DNA from: Azolla caroliniana
Taxonomy: Eukaryota; Plantae; Polypodiophyta
Direction of reading: 5' to 3'
Assembly (NCBI GenBank): GCA_043228905.1
Contig: JBHGNT010001040.1
Coordinates: 1-12,700, forward strand
DNA: 12,700 nucleotides
Of the stretch, positions 1 to 7,450 are shown one piece after another; position 1 is the first letter of the stretch, and every line of letters starts with the position of its first letter. Below the pieces are notes generated by a model, which saw only the letters and a program-made list of their open reading frames with translations, did not search any database and was not told where the DNA came from. Position numbers and translations under genes: made by a program.

Positions 1-290
1 CCTTGGCGGAGCCCTCTTCCTTTTTTGCCATCGTATATAATAATAGTCAATTATGCTCTTTTAAGCACAAATCCCAGGCTTTAAAAAAATTCAGTGTATG
101 GATAACAATGTCCAAAACTGAAAATGGGCTTGAAAATCAAAGAACAATGATTGCTTTCACACCTTTCAAGGGAATCCCATGACAACTTACTTCTATTGAT
201 ACTTGGGATGAAAGAAACGCACAATTTTGGGAATGAGCCATGGTTCGATTTCTCATGTCTCCTTGCATCATTGATTTTGGGCCATGGTAT

Positions 291-684
291 TGTAGAAGAT
301 GTCTAAGACATTGTCTAGATGCAACCTGAGCTGGTTAGAGCATCCTACTTGTAACTTGAGGGTCATAGGTTTGAATCCTACATGGGCCAAAAGTGGTCAT
401 TTGCAAGATTTGCACATGGAGCGGGAAACATGGGCATACGTGGTTTTACAGTAAACCTTTTGAGGTGTGAAACTGGAGTTAACCGTGCTCATAAAAAATG
501 ACTAGATGCATGAGAAAAGCATCTAAAAGAGGAAAAAAAGATTTATCTTTAAAGAGTTCTGTAATAATGGTTATAACCTCTTTTTGTTCATAATTTAGGG
601 TTTTACTCGAGCTAAACTCTATTACTCTTGATATTCTTGTTGTGATTCTTCTTTCATCTCTGGCATGCTCTTGTTCAAAACACC
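291..684. mobile_element. ~394-bp insertion, probable solo LTR, nested in the copia integrase
   Basis: It starts with TGTAG at 291 and is flanked by a near-identical 5-mer, GGTAT (286-290) / GGTGT (685-689). Removing the insert plus one copy restores an in-frame FWA-MVSPPNA-HVYHK with the spacing expected of copia FWAEAVSTAVH. The right end is ...AAAACACC rather than a clean CA, so the LTR call is inference. Confidence 0.55.
316..389 (+). pseudogene. Degenerate tRNA-derived sequence (TGT at the anticodon position) with Pol III A- and B-box-like motifs; not a functional tRNA
   Basis: D-arm-like AGCTGGTTAGAGC (329-341), loop CT-TGT-AA (348-354), variable region GGGTC, and T-arm ATAGG-TTTGAAT-CCTAC (365-381; TTCG>TTTG) all lie at canonical tRNA spacing. 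The anticodon and acceptor stems do not pair. Confidence 0.7.
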
Positions 685-935
685 GGTGTCTCCACCCAAT
701 GCACATGTATACCACAAATTTGCAATGGCAGTGCTACAGAATCAGTATCCTTTTAGGTGAGAAAGCCTCCGTTTCACATTTTGGGTGTCCCAGTCTCCAC
801 ATATGTTCACATCCCTGAGAGTGTTGCCATAAGCTGGATCAAATTCTCAAAAATGTTATCTTTATTGGCCACTATGGGGAATCCAAAATTTTTGCCTGAC
901 AATACCCATGTTCAGTCCATTGTAGTACTTATGAT

Positions 936-1380
936 TAGCAATGGGCGCGTTTTGGTTTCGGTTCGGTTTCTTGGCCTTGAAACCAAACCAAACCAAACCA
1001 TTTATTTATATTAAAAACCAAACCAAACTGTTTAAATTTTATGAAGCCATTTAAACCGAACCGTTTAGAGCCGAACCGTTTATGAAAAATTTAGAACCAA
1101 ACCAAACCGATAAACCAATAAACCTTTAAACCTTCAAAACTGTTAAACCTTTAAACCAAACCACATAAGCCGAAACCGCTAAACTGTGAAATTCAAAACC
1201 AAACCGAACCGAAACCCATAAACCGATAAGCCGCTAAACCATGAAATTCCGAACCGAACCGAACCCGAACCCGAACCGGATCATAATATTTGAAACCAAA
1301 CCAAACGGTTTATTTATCTTTGAACCAATAAACCGCTTAACAGTTCGGTTCGGTTCAAGCCGAAACCGTGCCCATTGCTA
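936..1380. mobile_element. Non-autonomous hAT-superfamily DNA transposon (MITE-like), 445 bp
   Basis: TIRs TAGCAATGGGC (936-946) / GCCCATTGCTA (1370-1380) are perfect for 11 bp and extend imperfectly to ~20 bp. There is a perfect 8-bp TSD, CTTATGAT (928-935 and 1381-1388). The interior is made of AAACCG/AAACCA/GAACCG motifs. An 8-bp TSD and short TAG-initial TIRs are established hAT hallmarks. Confidence 0.92.
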
Positions 1381-1663
1381 CTTATGATGTCCTTTCTTAT
1401 AAAATCTTTTCTATTACTATGTTTCAGATTCTAATGGGAAACATAATTCTCTCTCTGATCCATGTTCACTGCCACCTATATCTGTTCCAATTCCTGTTCT
1501 ACATTCTCTCCATCTCAACTTCTCGTCATAGATGCTAGTTCTTCCTCTTCCTCTGATGTTGACTCTTTTTTGCTCCCCCAAATGAATTCTCACATTCTGA
1601 AGTGGCTTTACTTTATGGTTTCATCCTTAGGTATACAAGGTTTATGATCTTCTGATCCTTCAG

Positions 1664-2675
1664 AACTTGGTTTCCTACTCCACCAAACGACAGATTATTG
1701 AGGAGGAAGGAATTCTTCAATATTTCTTTGATGATACATGTTCATTACACTCTAGTTGAGCTAGTCATTATCCAAGAAGATTTAACCAAGCCTTATTGGT
1801 GCAATGCAATGCTGGCTAGGCTCAATGCATCATCTTCTCTCAACAAAAATACACCCAGGAGATTATACAATGATTTCATGCTACTGATTGTCATAAAAAT
1901 CCATCACCTAATGATCCCAATAACTTTGTTTTCCCACTCCACCAAATGACAGATTATTGATGGGGGAACATTTTTCAATATTTCTCTGATGATACATTCA
2001 TTATACTCTAGTTCAGCTAGTCACTATCCAATAATATTTAGCCAAGTCTTATTGGTGCAATGCAATGCTGGCTAGGGTCAAGGCATCATCTTCTCTCAAC
2101 AAAAATACACCCAGGAGATTATACAATGATTTCATGCTACTGATTGTCGTACAAATCCATACCCTAATGATCCCAATAACTTTGATTTCCTACTCCACCA
2201 AATGACAGATTATTGAGGGGGGAGCATTCTTTAATATTTCTTTGATGGTACATATTCATTACTCTAGTTCAGCTAGTCACTATCCAATAATATTTAACCA
2301 AGCCTTATTAGTGCAATGCAATGCTGACTAAGCTCAAGGCATCATCTTCTCTCAACAAAAATACACCCAGGATATTATACAATAATTTCCTGCTACTAAT
2401 TGTCGTACAACTCCATCCCCTAATGATCACGATTACTTTATTTTCCTACTCCTCCAAATGACAGAGTATTGAGGGGGGAGCATCCTTCAATATTTCATTA
2501 CACTCTAGTTGAGCTAGTCACTATCCAATAATATTTAACGGAGCCTTATGGGTGCAATGCAATGCTCGCTAGGCTCAAGGTATCACCTTCTCTCAACAAA
2601 AATACACCCGGGAGATTATACAATGATTTCATGCTACTAATTGTCGTACAACTCTATCCCCGCATGATCCCAATA
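1664..2675. repeat. Tandem array of ~4 copies of a 256-259-bp unit
   Basis: The anchor CTCC(A/T)CCAAA recurs at 1678, 1937, 2193 and 2449 (periods 259, 256, 256). Blocks such as TGCAATGCAATGCT and CTTCTCTCAACAAAAATACACCC are shared by all units. Copy 4 has a ~17-bp deletion near 2497. Confidence 0.97.
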
Positions 2676-3296
2676 TATCCTGGCTAGAGAGGGAGCAGCC
2701 CCAAGCCTTGAGGATGTGAACTTGCAGGGAACCTTTCCCTAACTATGAGAAGATCAGGATGTTTCTGGCAATAGATCCATTGAAGGAAAGAGAAATAAAA
2801 TTGTGGTATACCTTAGATTAGGGGCAGTCAGTACATCAACAAATAATTGTGGAAGTAGATTACTCAAAAAGCATTGAAACTACCTCTTCTTGAACGAAGA
2901 CAAATTGTTGTATAGGGCAGGAAAGGTTGATATTCATCGTCAATACTGCTTGCAGTTCTCTGGGCCGATAGGTCTGACATAAATTGGAGGGGGATGGGTG
3001 AGAGGTCGAACACATCAATTATAACCCCTAGAGTTGAGCTAGAACTTCCATGAGAGGGGAACTAGTTATCTTCAATTCAGAGATAATAATATTGTTTCTC
3101 AATTTGAACAGATTGAGGAAATAATCATGCTGAAACATGTCAGTATTATGTGCATTCCAAAAATAGACATCCTGTGTTCAAAACGACAAAAACCATTTGT
3201 TTCTGCCAACCTCAAACTTTGATGAGGTGTGTGTGGTGTTCTGTAACCAGTTGGAATAAAGAGAAAATGCTGGGGTTTGTGTTTGATGTCCTTCAG

Positions 3297-5796
3297 GCAA
3301 CATATGGGAAACAGGTATATTGAGGTTTTCAAGGGCCATCCATCTGATATGCAGGTAGATTTCCTATATGTAGATTGCATCGATTTTTAATTTGTTATGT
3401 ATGGCATATTATGCGTCTGTTTTGGGTTCAATCCCCCTATGAAATTCAAGTAGGGCGCATTACGGATGGTTGGGCGAGGAAATGCTAATGGAATTTTAAG
3501 TAATAGCATCATCAACACAAGAACTCCAGGATTTTCTGGAGCTACCGATATGGGATATACGGGAGTTGTACGCATGAGGGGAATGCCTTACAGGTTGGGT
3601 AACTTTAAATCAAGCCTAAGTAAAAGATTCCTAGATGTTCTGCAAATAATATTTTTATTTCACATCATGCAGCTGCACTTCTACTGATATCACCACTTTC
3701 TTCAAAGACATGCAAGTTGTCCCAGATGGAATATTTATTTGCACACATGGGGATGGTCGTCCTACTGGCGAGGTAATTTTTTTGGTTTCTTCTTTCCGAA
3801 CTAAACTATTGTCATCTTTAAATGATGAAGCCATTGTTTTCATTGTTTATGAAATACTCATTTCATAAATGTTGTGAAAGGGAATGAAAGAAATATATTA
3901 GAACCCATGTATATTTACTAAACAAAGAAAGAATTGTTTAGAACAGGATGAAATTAAATTAGCATGCCAGGATAGATTGGTATTGTTGAATGATATTTGA
4001 AATCAGGAGCTTTCTATTATTTTGTTTTTCTCTTTTTTTGGAGTATACACGATAAAAATGAAAACCATGGTTTACATGAGGGTAAAGATACTGGTATATT
4101 ATTAGTAACGAAAACCTTTTTTTTAGGATTTTGTCTCCCTTTGTTAGTGATACCTATGATTATGTTTAATTTCTCTATTGGTATTCGATTTGTAAGCATC
4201 AGTCTTTCTTTAAGGGAGGAATGGTGATTTTCTGAAGTTATATAATTCACTTCCATTCTTTACTAGGCCTTTGTGGAGTTTGACAATGAGGATACAGCAT
4301 CTAAGGCTATGCAGCTACACAAGAAACCTATGGGATCGGTGATATTTGACTCTTAAGTGCTTTAAAGGAGTTGTAGTAACTGGTGCTTATATATTGCATT
4401 GAGAAAATTTCCCTGAAAGTGCTATTATTTTGATTGAACAGCGCTATGTAGAGCTTTTTAAAAGCAGTAAAGGAGAGATGATGACAGCAATGCGACAGCG
4501 AACGTCTGGGCTTACTCCACATCTTGATAGCTACTCCATGTATGGTTCAGTAGGACAGGTGGGATTAGTTCCTTTCTCTGAAGGTTATTTCATAATGTGA
4601 ACAACTTATATTATACCATCATTTAAGCATCATATTTTACAGGGAAAAACACAAAAATACTTGAAAGTTTCCCTGTAGTAATAACGTTTGTGCTATAGAG
4701 GGGTATTCTGGTAATGCTTTGAAACTTGAGTGTGTTTTTGTAAATAGCCTAGATATTTATGGGTATTTCAGTGTTTCTCCATATTTAAAGTCATTATCCA
4801 AACATAATATTCTAGCTTACATTCTTTTTTATGAACAGTTTCCAGGAATGATGGGTACGCTAGGCTTGCCTGGTTTGGGTTTGATGAATTTGGCAGCCAT
4901 GAATTCAGGCATGGGCTTAACTTGTGGTTTTCAAGCACCAAAAAAAGATCTCTCAGAGAATGTGTGTGTAAAAATGAGAGGTCTTCCATACAATGCACAG
5001 ACAAAGGACATCCTTGAGTTTTTTGAAGGTTACAAGATTGATTCAAAGGGAATCCTTATAATGATTGGACCTGATAATCGTCCAACAGGGGAGGCTTTCG
5101 TAGAGTTTGTAAGTCCTGATGAAGCTCAGAGGGCAATGGAACGACATAAACAAAACATGGGTTCACGCTATATTGAGCTGTTTAGGGCAACAAAGAGGTA
5201 ACAAATGGCCATCATGCTATGCAAAAGTTGTAATCTGGTGATACCTCATTGAATAATTTGAGTATTCCTTCTCCACTGTATACAGCATGAGTCCTAGTCT
5301 AAGGATATTTCATTGATTAACTCGAGTTCTCTTCAGTGAATGTATGCAAGCAGCATCAGGTTTCCCGGGCCTCGGGCTGATAGATCCCTCCATCCAACTA
5401 TTGCTACTACAACAGCAGGTCAGCTATATAGTGTATAGTAATTCTTTTGCTAATCCTCAAGTGAATGTAATGGGATCAATTTGGTTGCATTTCATTTTAT
5501 TCCATTTAATTCTACGTTGAATTGAAATTGTATTAAATTTAATGAATGCAAATGTTGGTCTAATTCTATTTTATTTTCATTTGATTGATATGGTAATGTT
5601 TTAGGCTGTGATGGAGAGAGGGTTTGGTATGGGTGGTCTAATGGGGAGACAAGTGGGATTGTGGCCAGACATGGGTAATGCGGCAGCTATAGCAGCAGGT
5701 CTCTATCAAAGGCAGAATAAGTTCACTGGTGGATCAGGTCCTACCACAACTAAGAGTTCTAGTAGAAAAAAGCATGGTGGACCTCGCCGTTCTATG
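3297..5796 (+). CDS. hnRNP F/H / ESRP-like RNA-binding protein with >=3 quasi-RRM domains (5'-partial, spliced)
   Basis: Exons 3297-3354, 3454-3593, 3673-3772, 4267-4338, 4442-4558, 4839-5197, 5337-5418 and 5605-5796 all have GT-AG introns with matching phases, and the joined frame has no stops. End of qRRM1: QHMGNRYIEVFK. qRRM2: VVRMRGMPYSCTSTDITTFF...DGRPTGEAFVEF...MGSRYVELFKS. qRRM3: CVKMRGLPYNAQTKDILEFF...RPTGEAFVEF...MGSRYIELFRA. A G/M/Q/A-rich tail follows. RGLP, GEAFVEF and RYIE(L/V)F are established qRRM signatures. Confidence 0.93.
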
Positions 5797-6155
5797 GTAT
5801 GTCTCTCTTTTTCTAACATTTATTTTTAAAATAATAAATGATTGATGGTAATTATTTGATTGATTGGCCTATTGGGTTTGATCTATTGGTGTCTTGCAAT
5901 GTGATATATTAGTTCATGTCTTGGTCACCCACCCATTCCCTCCAAATTGAGAGAAAAATATTGGTTTTAATTCTCAACAGATCTTTCTATTGATAAATAT
6001 CATTCACGATCTTTAAAAAACTTGATCTTGGAAAATACAGTTACAATTGTCTCTTGGCAAAAAAATTCATTTGTGTATATTAAAATATCAATTTTCAGTG
6101 TTTGATGCTCTACTAATCTTTCTATTGTTAATTGGTGATTCGATTACTTGTGCAG

Positions 6156-6161
6156 TCATGA
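6156..6161 (+). CDS. Candidate last coding exon (TCA TGA = Ser-stop) of the qRRM gene, followed by a 3' UTR
   Basis: A strong donor (ATG|GTATGT) sits at 5797. The best downstream acceptor is TTACTTGTGCAG|TCA TGA (AG at 6154-6155). An alternative acceptor exists at 5980 (TCTCAACAG), so this call is uncertain. Confidence 0.4.
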   Translation, partial: S

Positions 6162-6786
6162 CCTCTCATTCAGAAATTGCTCTTCTTATCCAGTCTTGTG
6201 GATCTCCATTCGAGTCTCGTGAATCTTCATTCCAAGGGTTAGCACCTGATGTAAACATTCTGTTTAAATTTTCATACTTGTATGAATATAGAAAATTCAA
6301 GCTTTCTCATAAATGGATGAGCTTCTCATTGTATGCAATTCAAATGCTGTTGACTGTCTAGTATGCGGTTGTGTATAAAGGCATCTACTCACACACATAT
6401 ATACACACACGCATGTGTGTGCATCATGGGTGCATAGATACACATGCTAACTATACATCCATGCATTTGTTATATAGAAATGATATGATATTTCCTCTAT
6501 CCTAATTAATCTCCAAGAAAGTAAAACCTGGAATTTAGCCTCCTGTGGTAAGTAAATGCACAAAAATACACATGCATGCATGATGTAAAAGTGGTTTGAT
6601 ATTTTATTTATCTTGATTATTAGTGAAGAGAATAAAGCATGCCTAATGATATGGATGCAAGGAGGTGTGTTTGTGTTCATTTATCACTGAGTTATATACA
6701 TTGCATGCTTTCTTTTTTGGCGACAAATTAGGATAGTTGGAATTTTGTTTAATTTCTATATGATGTATCCACCAAGTGTTTCATGG

Positions 6787-6829
6787 AGTTGTAATTGGTG
6801 CTCAAAGTTGTAATTGGTGCTCAAAGTTG
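6787..6829. repeat. Perfect 19-bp tandem duplication (2.3 copies)
   Basis: AGTTGTAATTGGTGCTCAA occurs at 6787 and 6806, followed by a partial AGTTG at 6825. Confidence 0.95.
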
Positions 6830-6937
6830 AAATAAGCCTATCGTGGTGAAGCAACAAACCTTGAATGACATCTCATATAATTTCCAAGGGATATTAGAAA
6901 GCGTTTTGATTGTGACTAACTTTTGGTAGACTTACTT

Positions 6938-7052
6938 TCCATACAACAGCAATACAAGAACACCAAGCTCAACACTTTCTAAGAGATGTGGATAAAAGTC
7001 CATACAACGGCAATACAATAGCACCAAGCCCGACATTTTCTAAGAAATATGG
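6938..7052. repeat. Diverged 61-bp-period tandem duplication (2 copies)
   Basis: TCCATACAAC(A/G)GCAATACAA..A.CACCAAGC....CA.TTTCTAAGA.AT.TGG starts at 6938 and 6999. Confidence 0.9.
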
Positions 7053-7206
7053 GTATTGGCTATAGACTCAGACGCAATCAGAAGTTAATGCATCATCTCA
7101 ACCTCAAACCTTTTAGTCTAAACTCTTTACAATGCTATCTCGACTAGATTGAATGAGAATCTGAGATATTGAAGAGCAATGAATAACAAGATCCTTGGGA
7201 TAATAG

Positions 7207-7450
7207 TGATGACCGAATATGTGCCTTGGGTCGACTGATTGTGTGATTGGTCGACTTATGTAGAATGTTAATGGATCTTGTTAATGGGAATAGGCAAGTA
7301 TGAAGACAAGTAGAAATAGAAGGTGCACTGTTTAATCTCAACAAAGATATACAAGAAAGATGGAGAAAGACAGTTACAACACAGTTGGAGCACAAGAATG
7401 AGACTGTTACTATTCAAATCCCGTTGAACTCCTTTACAAGACTTAGTTCC
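7207..7450 (-). repeat. 3' LTR, truncated (lacks ~96 bp of its U3 end)
   Basis: It aligns with 9839-10058. Homology stops after TTACAAGACTT.GTTCC (7450), where internal pol sequence begins. Confidence 0.9.

Larger units (their letters stand above)
1..1860 (+). mobile_element. Degenerate Ty1/copia pol remnant (integrase core, integrase C-terminus, linker up to just before RT), interrupted by two nested insertions
   Basis: Manual translation with frameshifts and stops gives copia motifs in the expected order: LGGALF..AIVYNNS..FKHKSQALKKF..W (2-110), KGIP*QLT, RTILGM..L..FWA (~165-285). After the 291-684 insert: AHVYHK..VLQNQYPF..RKP..YVHIPE..HKLD..IFIGHYGESK (700-890). YDV is split by the MITE, then an S-rich linker, then VELVIIQEDLTKPYWCNAML..NKNT (~1755-1853), which resembles the copia EP..EAL..W..AM..N.TW motif before RT. 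Motif identity is from established copia consensus. The element is open at the left edge of the window. Confidence 0.75.

Noticed and set aside
316-389. Functional tRNA-Thr(UGU) gene
   Set aside because: The acceptor and anticodon stems do not pair, the T-loop is mutated (TTTGAAT), and the sequence sits inside an insertion.
1664-2675. CRISPR-like array
   Set aside because: The units are homologous over their whole length with no unique spacers, the context is eukaryotic, and there are no cas genes.
3112-3138. Micro-exon IEEIIMLKH (CAG|ATT...CAT|GTCAGT) as part of qRRM1
   Set aside because: The splice signals are plausible, but its phase-0 end does not match the phase-2 start of exon 3297, and the GEA-containing part of qRRM1 is not present between them.
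4719-5201. The 160-aa ORF as a standalone gene, or regulated intron retention giving ...ATKR-stop
   Set aside because: Its first 40 codons are intronic (acceptor at 4838). The stop comes from an ordinary GTAA donor, which is expected by chance.
6388-6424. Hairpin or miRNA-like stem (CACACAC GCAT GTGTGTG)
   Set aside because: It is a low-complexity CA/TA/TG microsatellite with self-complementarity expected by chance, and too short for a pre-miRNA.
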